A stretch of DNA of 64,000 nt, taken from NCBI GenBank assembly GCA_964486135.1, contig CAZAKT010000005.1:2789-66788 (forward strand), read 5' to 3'. The notes beneath the pieces are model-generated. The model had not been told where the DNA came from and searched no databases. It worked only from the letters and a program-made list of their open reading frames with translations. Shown piece by piece: positions 53,731 to 62,145 of this stretch (position 1 is the first letter of the stretch; every line of letters starts with the position of its first letter). The position numbers and the translations under genes are program-made. The stretch comes from an uncultured Mageeibacillus sp. GTDB taxonomy: Bacteria; Bacillota; Clostridia; Saccharofermentanales; DTU023.

Positions 53731-54708
53731 ATGGGCCCAATACCAGAAAAACCTCTGATCATCATCAACCCTATGGCAGGCCGCTACAAGGCACCTGATT
53801 CCGCGGCCCTCCTCCGCCGCGAACTGGAGCGGAGAGGGGCTTCCGTCCGTGAAATCTTTACGACGGGGATCGGCGACGCCCGGGCGATCGCTTCCCGTGA
53901 AGCCGGGAAACATGACCTGGTCGTCGCCTGTGGCGGTGACGGCACCCTGTCGGAAGTCATTTCTGGACTTATGGCGGTTGAATCACCGCCTGATGTTGGT
54001 TTTTTGCCGGTGGGATCAACCTGTGATATAGCCCGGACCTTCCAGCTCAGCGCCAAACCGGTCCAAGCCGCCCACGAGATGGTGAGCGGAGTCGCCTATG
54101 CCATTGACATTGGCCAAATCAAGGGCAGCCCTCCCCTTCTTCGCGATGACCTGCCCCTGGGCGTAGTTCCAGACGATCCGGATCTCCTGCCGGACTATTT
54201 TACCTACGTGGCGAGTTTTGGCGCTTTCACTGAAACCTCCTACGCGACCGGCCGTGAACTGAAGCGGTCCCTGGGACATTTCGCCTACATCCTGAAAGGT
54301 CTCCAGTCCGTGCCTGGCATCCGCCCCCAAATCTGCAGGGTCCTCCTCGATGGTGAGGACTATTCCGGTAAATATATCTTCGGCGGGGTCCTCAATTCTT
54401 TCTCGGTCGGAGGCATGGTCAAGCTGGATCAGGTCTATCTGGACGATGGTTATTACGAGGTCCTCCTCATTGAGCCCCCGCGAAATCTGGGCCAGACGGC
54501 CAGTCTTCTTTCCCAGCTGCTCAGGCGGCAAACAGGGGCTTCCATAATCCGAAGACAGGCCCGGGAGATCGTTTTCAGCTTCCCTGAACCCCTTTCATTC
54601 ACCGTTGACGGGGAATATGGGGGGACACGGACAGACTGGACAATCACCAACATCCCTCAAGCCATCAGACTCCGCGTACCTAGGCCTCCCGGGAACCGGG
54701 CCCCCTGA
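53731..54708 (+). CDS. Diacylglycerol/lipid kinase family protein (YegS/DagK-like)
   Basis: 325 aa; IIINPMAG...DLVVACGGDGTLSEVISGL catalytic-domain signature. Confidence 0.85.
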   Translation: MGPIPEKPLIIINPMAGRYKAPDSAALLRRELERRGASVREIFTTGIGDARAIASREAGKHDLVVACGGDGTLSEVISGLMAVESPPDVGFLPVGSTCDIARTFQLSAKPVQAAHEMVSGVAYAIDIGQIKGSPPLLRDDLPLGVVPDDPDLLPDYFTYVASFGAFTETSYATGRELKRSLGHFAYILKGLQSVPGIRPQICRVLLDGEDYSGKYIFGGVLNSFSVGGMVKLDQVYLDDGYYEVLLIEPPRNLGQTASLLSQLLRRQTGASIIRRQAREIVFSFPEPLSFTVDGEYGGTRTDWTITNIPQAIRLRVPRPPGNRAP

Positions 54709-54724
54709 AAGAGGAGGATCAGGC

Positions 54725-55816
54725 ATGAGAGCCGGGCAAGAAAAGGGACAGCGCCAGGATCATGGGCTCGGTGAGCTTTTGCGCTACGAAAATGTTGCCT
54801 GGTTTGAGGATGGCCTGGTCAGGATCCTTGACCGGCGTGTCTATCCTACAGAAAAACGCTTTGTTGAATGCTCCAGCGTGGAGGAAGTGGCAGGGGCCAT
54901 CACTGACATGGTGACCCAAAGCGCGGGCCCCTACACAGCCGCCGGTATGGGTATGGCCCTGGCCGCCTGGCAGGTCAGGGAAAAAAGTCAGGGGGAACAG
55001 TGGACCGCACTCGAAGAAGCGGCTGGCCAACTCGCCCGCGCAAGACCCACGACCGAGGCCAGGATGAGGCGGGTCACGGGGGCTTCCCTCCTGGCGGCCA
55101 AGGCAGCCCTTGCCCGGGGTGAAAGCGACTTGTCTCCAAGTCTCTTTCAAATTGCCTTCGACTCGCTCGAGCGCCGCTATGAGCGCATGGCCCACGTTGG
55201 CGAGCATCTTGTCTCCCTCTTCTCCCCCCAAACCACCCTTATGACCCATTGCTACGGCGAGACAATCGTGGGGACCATGATCCGGGCAGCCCGGGCAAAA
55301 GGAATAGACTTGAAGATTTTCTGCCCCGAGACCCGGCCCTACTTCCAGGGCGCCCGGCTGACCGCCAGCCTGGCCGCCGATATGGGTGTCGACGTCACCG
55401 TCATTACGGACAACATGCCCGCCGAGCTCCTTTCGCACCGGAAGATAGATCTTTTCACCACGGCCGCCGACGCCATCACGACCGGGGGTTTTGTGGTCAA
55501 CAAGACCGGGACCTTGCAGATCGCCATCGTCGCCAAGTACTATGGTGTGCCCTATTTCGTAACCGGTATCCCGGACGGAGTGAGCCTGGATCAAATTACC
55601 ATCGAGGAGCGGGACCCTGAATTTGTGCTCCAGGTTGGCGGCATCCACCATACCAAAGAAGCTGTCAAGGGCTACTATCCTGCCTTTGATATAACCCCAC
55701 CCCATTTGGTGACGGGGGTCGTCACCGATCTGGGAATTCTGACCCCCTATAATCTGGGGGACTATCCTTCGCAGCCTGGGAGCAAGGCCGATTACTGGGG
55801 AAGCCCGGTCCTTTGA
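54725..55816 (+). CDS. eIF-2B alpha/beta/delta-related isomerase (methylthioribose-1-phosphate isomerase-like)
   Basis: Track start is 54605; ATG 54725 follows AGAGGAGGA. ETRPYFQGARLTA and TTAADAITTGGFVVNKTGT blocks of MtnA/e2B2-type isomerases; 363 aa. Confidence 0.8.
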   Translation: MRAGQEKGQRQDHGLGELLRYENVAWFEDGLVRILDRRVYPTEKRFVECSSVEEVAGAITDMVTQSAGPYTAAGMGMALAAWQVREKSQGEQWTALEEAAGQLARARPTTEARMRRVTGASLLAAKAALARGESDLSPSLFQIAFDSLERRYERMAHVGEHLVSLFSPQTTLMTHCYGETIVGTMIRAARAKGIDLKIFCPETRPYFQGARLTASLAADMGVDVTVITDNMPAELLSHRKIDLFTTAADAITTGGFVVNKTGTLQIAIVAKYYGVPYFVTGIPDGVSLDQITIEERDPEFVLQVGGIHHTKEAVKGYYPAFDITPPHLVTGVVTDLGILTPYNLGDYPSQPGSKADYWGSPVL

Positions 55817-55822
55817 TTTGAG

Positions 55823-55851
55823 TTGTTTTGGAATGGCACTCGTGATAGGAT
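55823..55851 (+). promoter_or_regulatory. Candidate selD promoter (TTGTTT-17 nt-TGaTAGGAT)
   Basis: TTGTTT 55823-55828; extended -10 TGATAGGAT 55843-55851; 60 nt upstream of ATG 55911. Confidence 0.45.
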
Positions 55852-55910
55852 ACGGGCGGAGCTTTCCAAAGAGGGAGCTTATCCAAATAGTATGAAAAGG
55901 AGGTGCGACT

Positions 55911-56954
55911 ATGTCTGAACAAACTATCCGTCTGACGGAGCTGACCAAGGCGGGCGGTTGAGGAGCCAAGATAGGACCGGCGGTTCTTTCCCAACTTCTT
56001 TCCGGATTGCCCAAGTTTTCCGACCAGCGCCTCCTTATCGGTTATGATTCCGACGACGATGCCTGCGTCTACCTGGTTTCGGAGGAGATCGCCCTTATCC
56101 AGACGGTTGATTTCTTCCCGCCCGTGGTCGATGACCCCTATGACTATGGCCGCATCGCGGCGGCCAATGCCCTGAGTGATGTCTACGCCATGGGTGCCGA
56201 ACCAAAAACGGCCTTGAATCTGCTTTGTTTCTCCAGCTGTATGGATCTGGACCTAGTCCGAAGAATCCTGGAAGGTGGAGCGGACAAATGCCTGGAGGCG
56301 GGTGTCTCCATCGCGGGCGGTCACAGCGTCGAGGACGAAGAGCCCAAGTATGGACTTTCCGTCATGGGCCTTTGCCAGCCCGGCAGGATCCGACGCAATG
56401 ACACAGCCCGGGCAGGTGATGTCCTGGTGCTCACCAAGGCACTCGGGACAGGCGCCCTCTCAACGGCGGCCAAGGCCAAGCTGATCGACAAAGAAACGGA
56501 AAAGACCCTGGTGGATTCCATGGCTGATCTGAACCGTTATGCCTTTGAGGCCTCCGTCGGACTCGACGTCTCGGCTTCGACGGATATCACCGGTTTCGGT
56601 CTTCTCGGCCACGTCAAGGAAATGACAGGGCGGGACAGACAGATCACAATGGCGATCGAGAGCCAAAAGCTACCCCTCCTGCCCCAGGCCCTGGAAATGG
56701 CAGAAGAGGGCATGCTGCCCGGAGGTTGTTACCGTAACCGCGACTTTGTCGGGGAGGCGGTGGCATTCGAAGAAGGCATACCACTGGCTCTGACCGACTT
56801 GATGTTTGATCCGCAGACCTCGGGCGGCCTCCTCCTCGCCATGCGTGAAGAAGCGGCCCGGACCTACCTCGATTTACTTGGCAAGGACGGGAGAAAGGCC
56901 TGGATTATCGGGCGCGTCCTGCCTGCGGAAGCAGTCGCCATCCGGGTCAGCTGA
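55911..56954 (+). CDS. selD: Selenide, water dikinase (selenophosphate synthetase) SelD, selenocysteine-containing (UGA 55959-55961)
   Basis: ATG 55911 after AAAGGAGGTG. MSEQTIRLTELTKAGG-U-GAKIGPAVL... continues in frame into track ORF 56007..56954. U17/K20 align with E. coli SelD C17/K20. AIR-synthase-like blocks (DFFPPVVDDPYDYGRIAAANALSDVYAMG, DPQTSGGLL). Confidence 0.9.
55970..55990 (+). promoter_or_regulatory. Candidate SECIS hairpin for the selD UGA
   Basis: GAUAGGACC-GGC-GGUUCUUUC starts 9 nt after the UGA; 8 pairs with one U.U mismatch; G-rich apex containing GGU. Confidence 0.4.
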
Positions 56955-57091
56955 ACCAAACGCCCAACCGGCTCCTATCTTGATTTTAATCCTCAAACCG
57001 CCTGACCAAGGCCTTTTATGGTACCTGAAAGCTGGTGCCTGCCTGGGATGCCGGCACACATTCATGTTAATGATTATGAGGAGAATACTTT

Positions 57092-58228
57092 GTGAAAAAA
57101 CTATCCAAATACGCAGTCATCCTGACTGGAGCCGTAATCGGCTTCGCGGGAATTCTGTTGATGCTCGAGGGCAATCCAGCCAATATGGGCTTTTGTATTG
57201 CCTGTTTCCTGAGAGACACGGCGGGCGCACTCAAGCTGCATTCAGCCGGGCCCGTCCAATACGTCAGGCCTGAAATAATCGGCTTGATCCTGGGCTCTTT
57301 TGTCATTTCATTACTGACAAAAGAGTTCCGCGCCCGCGGCGGTTCTTCGCCGCTGACCCGTTTCTTTCTTGGCTTTATGGTCATGGTCGGCGCCCTGGTT
57401 TTCCTGGGCTGTCCGCTCCGCATGGTCCTCCGCATGGCAGCCGGTGATCTCAACGCCTGGATCGCCCTCATCGGCTTCGTACTCGGTATTTACATAGGAA
57501 CCCTCTTCCTCAAATCCGGTTTCTCGCTGGGCCGGACCTACAAGCTGAACCCCATGGAGGGGGCAATCGTACCTGTCCTCCAGCTCCCGCTCCTGCTCAT
57601 GCTGGCGCTGGCTTCACCCCTCCTGGCCTTCTCGGAAAGCGGACCAGGCTCCATGCACGCATCCCTATGGCTGGCACTGGGCCTCTCCTTCCTGGTTGGC
57701 ATCCTTGGCCAGCGCTCAAGGATCTGTCAGGCAGGGGGCGTCAGGGACGTCTTCATGATCCGGGACAGCCATCTCTTCTGGGGCAATGTGGGAATCTTCG
57801 GAGTTGCCCTGATTTTCAATCTTGCGACCAACAATGTCAACATTGGACTCTACCATCAGCCCATCGCCCACAGCCAGTGGATTTGGAATATTGCCGGCAT
57901 GATGGTTGTCGGCCTGGGCTCAGTCCTGCTGGGCGGCTGCCCCATGCGCCAGCTGGTCCTCACCGGGACAGGGAATGTGGACTCCGGCATCACGGTTATT
58001 GGCCTGGTCGCGGGCGCGGCCTTCAGCCATAACTTCGGCCTGGCTTCGTCAGGGGATGTTTACGAGGAAGGAACCAGCCTTGTGACCGGTGGTGGCACGA
58101 CGGAGGCGGGACGGATCGCAGTGATCGTCTCCTTTGTTCTGATGCTGGTGATCGGGGTCTTTTATTCACGCCGGTCAAAAACAAAAGCCAGAAAATTAGC
58201 CAATAATGGAAAGGCGAGAAAAGTATGA
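57092..58228 (+). CDS. yedE: YedE-family putative selenium/sulfur-compound transporter
   Basis: 378 aa, GTG start after GAGGAG; about 10 TM with conserved Cys loops (MGFCIACFLRD, LGGCPMRQL). Adjacent and overlapping yedF. Confidence 0.85.
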   Translation: MKKLSKYAVILTGAVIGFAGILLMLEGNPANMGFCIACFLRDTAGALKLHSAGPVQYVRPEIIGLILGSFVISLLTKEFRARGGSSPLTRFFLGFMVMVGALVFLGCPLRMVLRMAAGDLNAWIALIGFVLGIYIGTLFLKSGFSLGRTYKLNPMEGAIVPVLQLPLLLMLALASPLLAFSESGPGSMHASLWLALGLSFLVGILGQRSRICQAGGVRDVFMIRDSHLFWGNVGIFGVALIFNLATNNVNIGLYHQPIAHSQWIWNIAGMMVVGLGSVLLGGCPMRQLVLTGTGNVDSGITVIGLVAGAAFSHNFGLASSGDVYEEGTSLVTGGGTTEAGRIAVIVSFVLMLVIGVFYSRRSKTKARKLANNGKARKV

Positions 58229-58431
58229 AAACGATTGATGCCAGAGGCTTGTCCTGTCCGGAACCCGTCCTGCTGACCAAGCAGGCTCTTGCTGAAGGGG
58301 AATTCCCCTTCACTGTCCTGGTCGATGACGAGACGCCCCGTGAAAACATTATGCGCTTTGCCAAGAGCAAGGGACTCCAAGCTGAACTGTCGGTGGACGA
58401 CGGCGATTACGTCATTTTGCTTACCCAATAA
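58225..58431 (+). CDS. yedF: YedF/TusA-like sulfurtransferase-fold selenium metabolism protein
   Basis: 68 aa; MKTIDARGLSCPEPVL (CPxP motif); ATGA overlap with the yedE stop. Confidence 0.85.
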   Translation: MKTIDARGLSCPEPVLLTKQALAEGEFPFTVLVDDETPRENIMRFAKSKGLQAELSVDDGDYVILLTQ

Positions 58432-58432
58432 A

Positions 58433-58672
58433 ATGGCTTGGATCGCAACCTTTCATTCACATTTTGGCGCCCTGAATTTTCTCAGGCGCCTTGAGGAGCT
58501 GGGGGATGACCGGGCGGAAATAATTCCGGCCCCCCGGCGCCTTTCCATTTCCTGTGGTTCAGCTGTCCGCTTCCACCTGCCCTTTGACGCTTCCGCTATG
58601 GTTGACGAGGATACGGACGGGGTTTTTCTGGAAGAGGACGGCCGCTACAGGCAGATATTTTCAAGCGATTGA
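58433..58672 (+). CDS. DUF3343-like small protein (putative Se/S carrier-associated)
   Basis: ATG 58433 is in frame within track ORF 58289..58672; 79 aa. MAWIATFHSHFGALNFLRRLEELG...IPAPRRLSISCGSAVRF fits the DUF3343 pattern (conserved Cys-Gly). Confidence 0.7.
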   Translation: MAWIATFHSHFGALNFLRRLEELGDDRAEIIPAPRRLSISCGSAVRFHLPFDASAMVDEDTDGVFLEEDGRYRQIFSSD

Positions 58673-58701
58673 CCCCGACGCATGGACAGCCGCCGGGGTC
58701 A
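58670..58701 (+). terminator. Stem-loop after DUF3343 gene (weak terminator/processing site)
   Basis: Perfect 8-bp stem TGACCCCG/CGGGGTCA with a 16-nt loop. The stop codon lies in the stem. Only a short TTT follows. Confidence 0.35.
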
Positions 58702-58706
58702 GGCTT

Positions 58707-58715
58707 TGGTAAGAT
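58707..58715 (+). promoter_or_regulatory. Extended -10 element (TGGTAAGAT) upstream of selA
   Basis: Same 9-mer as upstream of ygfK; 26 nt before GTG 58741. Confidence 0.4.
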
Positions 58716-58740
58716 AGTTGTGTAATCTTCGTAGGAAGAG

Positions 58741-60234
58741 GTGAGAGTCTTGGAGACAATTGACAGCCCGCGCCATTTACCCAAGGTGGATGACCTTTTG
58801 CGTGACGGCCGCCTTGACAAGGCCAAGGAAAGTCTGGGCTATGTCCCCGTGCGCGACGCGGTCCGTTCGATCCTTGAGGCCGCCCGCATCCTGTTGACGG
58901 ACAGGGCCAGGGGAAGCGGCAACCCTGCCGATCTGGCCCTTCTGGAAAGGCTGCTTGGCCCTGAGCAAGGCCAGGGGGACCGGAGGGGCTTGACCAGTCA
59001 AGCCATTATTTCGGCAACCCTTATGAAGCTTGAAGCCGAGGGCAGGCCCGGTATCCGGAAGATCATCAACGCGACCGGTGCCATCCTCCACACCAACCTG
59101 GGGCGGGCCCCCCTGGCGGCACAGGCGCTCTCGGCCGTGGACCAGGGAAGCCGGGGCTATTCCTCCCTTGAATTCGACATTGAACAGAATAGGCGGGGAC
59201 AGCGGACAGCCTCCATCGAGGCCCTCCTGAAGCGGCTCTTTGATGTCGAGGCCTCTCTTGTCGTCAATAATAATGCCGCCGCCGTCCTCCTGGCCCTTTC
59301 CGCCCTTTGCCGGGGTCGGGAGGTCATCGTATCGCGCGGGGAACTGGTCGAGATTGGCGGCAGGTTCCGGGTGCCCGAGATCATGGAGGAAAGCGGCGCC
59401 ATCCTCTGTGAGGTCGGAACCACCAATAAAACACGTGGCCTCGATTACGAACGGGCCATCCGGGACTCGACAGCCGCCCTGCTCAAGGTCCACCGGAGTA
59501 ATTTCCGCCTGACCGGCTTCGCGGAAGAAGTCAGCGCCAGGGACCTGGCGGATCTTGCCAAAAGGCACGGCCTGCCCCTGATCTATGATTTGGGAAGCGG
59601 CTGTGTGTCGGAGGAGCTGGCCGGCCTCCTCCCCGAAGAACCAACTGTGGCCTCAGCCCTCGAGTCCGGCGCCCAACTCATCTGTTTTTCAGGCGACAAA
59701 CTCCTGGGCGGCCCCCAGGCCGGTATTTTGATAGGCCAGAAAGAAATAATCGATATTCTTCGCTCCCACCCCCTCATGCGGGCCTTTCGCTGCGATAAAA
59801 TGACCCTCATCGCCCTGGAGGCTACCCTGAGACTTTATCTTGATCCTGAAAAGGCGAAAGAACATATTCCCCTCCTTTCCATGGCCCTTTACAAGCCCGA
59901 CCTCCTATACGAGCGGACCTCAGGGCTGGTCCAGGAGCTCACTGCCTTTGGAATCCCCGCCCGGGTCCTGGAATCCGACATGATCCTGGGGGGCGGCGCC
60001 GCGCCCGAAGTGAGGATCCCCTCCTGGGCCCTGGCCATCGATCCGGGAACCAATGCCGGCAGCCTGTCCGTTACCGGCCTGGAAGCCTCATTGCGGGCCT
60101 TCGATCCGCCCATCCTCTGTCGTACGGTCCGCGACCAGCTCCTCTTCGATCTTCGGACCGTCTCCCCGGAAGATGAAGGGGTGATCAAGTTCGCCCTTGT
60201 CGACATTTTCGGGAGGGAGGACCGGGTCCTGTGA
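58741..60234 (+). CDS. selA: L-seryl-tRNA(Sec) selenium transferase
   Basis: 497 aa (GTG 58741; TTG 58750 is an alternative start). NNNAAAVLLAL and FSGDKLLGGPQAG (PLP-Lys) signatures. Confidence 0.9.
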   Translation: MRVLETIDSPRHLPKVDDLLRDGRLDKAKESLGYVPVRDAVRSILEAARILLTDRARGSGNPADLALLERLLGPEQGQGDRRGLTSQAIISATLMKLEAEGRPGIRKIINATGAILHTNLGRAPLAAQALSAVDQGSRGYSSLEFDIEQNRRGQRTASIEALLKRLFDVEASLVVNNNAAAVLLALSALCRGREVIVSRGELVEIGGRFRVPEIMEESGAILCEVGTTNKTRGLDYERAIRDSTAALLKVHRSNFRLTGFAEEVSARDLADLAKRHGLPLIYDLGSGCVSEELAGLLPEEPTVASALESGAQLICFSGDKLLGGPQAGILIGQKEIIDILRSHPLMRAFRCDKMTLIALEATLRLYLDPEKAKEHIPLLSMALYKPDLLYERTSGLVQELTAFGIPARVLESDMILGGGAAPEVRIPSWALAIDPGTNAGSLSVTGLEASLRAFDPPILCRTVRDQLLFDLRTVSPEDEGVIKFALVDIFGREDRVL

Positions 60235-62141
60235 AACATGTCATCATCGGAACGGCCGGCCACGTTGACCACGGCAAATCCTCCCTGATACTCGCCTTGA
60301 CCAGCCGGGATCCCGACCGGCTGGCGGAGGAAAAGGAGAGGGGCATCACCATCGAGCTGGGCTTCACCTGGCTCGACCTCCCGGATGGTTCACGCACCGG
60401 CATCATCGATGTCCCGGGCCACGAACGCTTCGTCAGCAATATGCTGGCGGGAGCGGGAGGAATCGACCTCGCCCTCCTGGTTGTCGCTGCCGATGAGGGC
60501 GTCATGCCCCAAACCCGCGAACACCTGGGAATCCTCTCCCTGCTCGGTATACCGGACGGTGTGATCGCCGTGACCAAGTGCGACCTGGCTGAGGAGGATT
60601 TTGTCGAACTGGTCGAGGAGGATATCCGTGATCATGTAAGCGGCACCTTCCTGGAAAAGGCCCCGATCGTACGGACATCCAGCGCGACCGGCCAGGGAAT
60701 TGAGGAACTCCGCCAACTTCTCTTTGACCGGATCGCCCTCGTCTCTGACGAAAAGGACCACCTGCCCTTCCGCCTGCCCGTAGACCGGGTCTTTTCGCTT
60801 GGAGGTTTTGGCACCATCGTAACCGGAACCCTGATTGAAGGTCAGATAAGGACCGGTGATTCGGTTGAGATTTTCCCCGGCGGAAAAATAGCCAGGGTCC
60901 GGGGCATCCAGATCCATGAGACGGGGGCTGAGGTGGCCTGGCCGGGCCAGCGGGTTGCCCTGAATCTCTCGGGCATCCACAAGGACCAGCTCGACCGCGG
61001 CGATACCCTGGCCGCGCCGGGCAGTCTCAGGGGAAGCAAGCTCCTGGATGTCCATCTGTCGGCCTTGCCCGATACCCGTTTCCCCATAAGCCACAATATG
61101 CGTGTCCATCTCTTCCATGGGGCCAGGGAGGTCCTGGCCCGGGTCGTCCTCCTGGACCGGGACCTATTGGAAGCCGGTGAAACAGCAGCTGCCCAGCTCC
61201 GGCCCGAGGAGGAACTTTTCACCCGATACGGTGACCGTTTCGTCATCCGTTTTTATTCGCCCCTTGAGACAGTCGGGGGCGGCAAGATCGTCGATCCGCT
61301 TCCGTCAAGGCGCAAACGTTTCCGGGACGGAAAGATCGGTGAGTTCGACCTCATGGCCGGGGATGACCCTGGCCGGCGCCTGGCCCTGGCAGTCTCCCAT
61401 ATCAGCGAAGCGCTGGAAGCTCTTGAGACCGCTTATTACCGTGCCGGCATAGCTGACCGGGAGGCGGCCGCCCTCCTGGACCGCCTGATAGAGGGGGGCG
61501 AAATTGTTCCCCTGAACGAACGCACGGCGATCAGCACTGATTCTCTCGAGGCCCTGGGCCGCAAGGCGGGGGCCCTGCTCGACCGCTTTCATAAAGCCCA
61601 GCCCCTGGAGCAGGGGATGCGCCGGGAGGAGCTCCGGACCCGTCTGTTGCCCCGGGCCGGTATCCAGCTATCCGACCTTGTCATTGACCGGCTGCGGGAC
61701 CGGGAAGTTCTCGATGTCAAGGAGGGCCTGGTCTCGCGTCACGGCCGCGAGATCGCGCTTACGGCTGAAGAGACGGAGGCCTTGGGGAAACTTGAAAAGC
61801 TCTTCGTGCAGGCCGGCTATAGCCCCCCCAGCCCTGAAGAGATCAAGCTTGACTTTGGCCGGGCCGTAAAGCGGGACCAGCTCCTCTCCCTTTTGATAAA
61901 CCGGGGCACCCTGATCCGGCTGACCCCCCAGATCCTCATGCACAAGGACAAGGTGGACCAGGCCTGGGCCCTGGTCCAGGAGACTATCGAACAGGAGGGG
62001 AGCATTACCCTGGCCGCCTTCCGGGATAGGCTCGATACGACAAGGAAATTCGCCATCGCCCTCCTGGAGTATTTTGATAGGCTGAAGCGAACGCGGCTGA
62101 CCGGGGAAGTGCGGGTATTCCATTCCCAGAGGGAGGGTTAG
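60231..62141 (+). CDS. selB: Selenocysteine-specific translation elongation factor
   Basis: 636 aa; GTGA overlap with selA; G-domain GTAGHVDHGKSSL, DVPGHERF, TKCD; long C-terminal winged-helix extension. Confidence 0.9.
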   Translation: MKHVIIGTAGHVDHGKSSLILALTSRDPDRLAEEKERGITIELGFTWLDLPDGSRTGIIDVPGHERFVSNMLAGAGGIDLALLVVAADEGVMPQTREHLGILSLLGIPDGVIAVTKCDLAEEDFVELVEEDIRDHVSGTFLEKAPIVRTSSATGQGIEELRQLLFDRIALVSDEKDHLPFRLPVDRVFSLGGFGTIVTGTLIEGQIRTGDSVEIFPGGKIARVRGIQIHETGAEVAWPGQRVALNLSGIHKDQLDRGDTLAAPGSLRGSKLLDVHLSALPDTRFPISHNMRVHLFHGAREVLARVVLLDRDLLEAGETAAAQLRPEEELFTRYGDRFVIRFYSPLETVGGGKIVDPLPSRRKRFRDGKIGEFDLMAGDDPGRRLALAVSHISEALEALETAYYRAGIADREAAALLDRLIEGGEIVPLNERTAISTDSLEALGRKAGALLDRFHKAQPLEQGMRREELRTRLLPRAGIQLSDLVIDRLRDREVLDVKEGLVSRHGREIALTAEETEALGKLEKLFVQAGYSPPSPEEIKLDFGRAVKRDQLLSLLINRGTLIRLTPQILMHKDKVDQAWALVQETIEQEGSITLAAFRDRLDTTRKFAIALLEYFDRLKRTRLTGEVRVFHSQREG

Positions 62142-62145
62142 CGTC

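Noticed and set aside
54719-56014. 431-aa minus-strand ORF spanning the isomerase gene and the selD start
   Set aside because: The opposite strand encodes a recognisable eIF-2B-like isomerase and the SelD N-terminus. The minus-strand product is Gly/Pro/Arg-rich with no motif or RBS.
56007-56954. TTG 56007 as the selD start (track call)
   Set aside because: It would delete the catalytic N-terminal loop. The same frame continues upstream through a single TGA to an ATG with a strong SD, so I called the gene as a Sec-containing SelD instead.
55817-62145. Search for selC (tRNA-Sec) within the selenium locus
   Set aside because: The gaps at 55817-55910, 56955-57091 and 58673-58740 contain only a promoter and small hairpins. 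Nothing has tRNA architecture.
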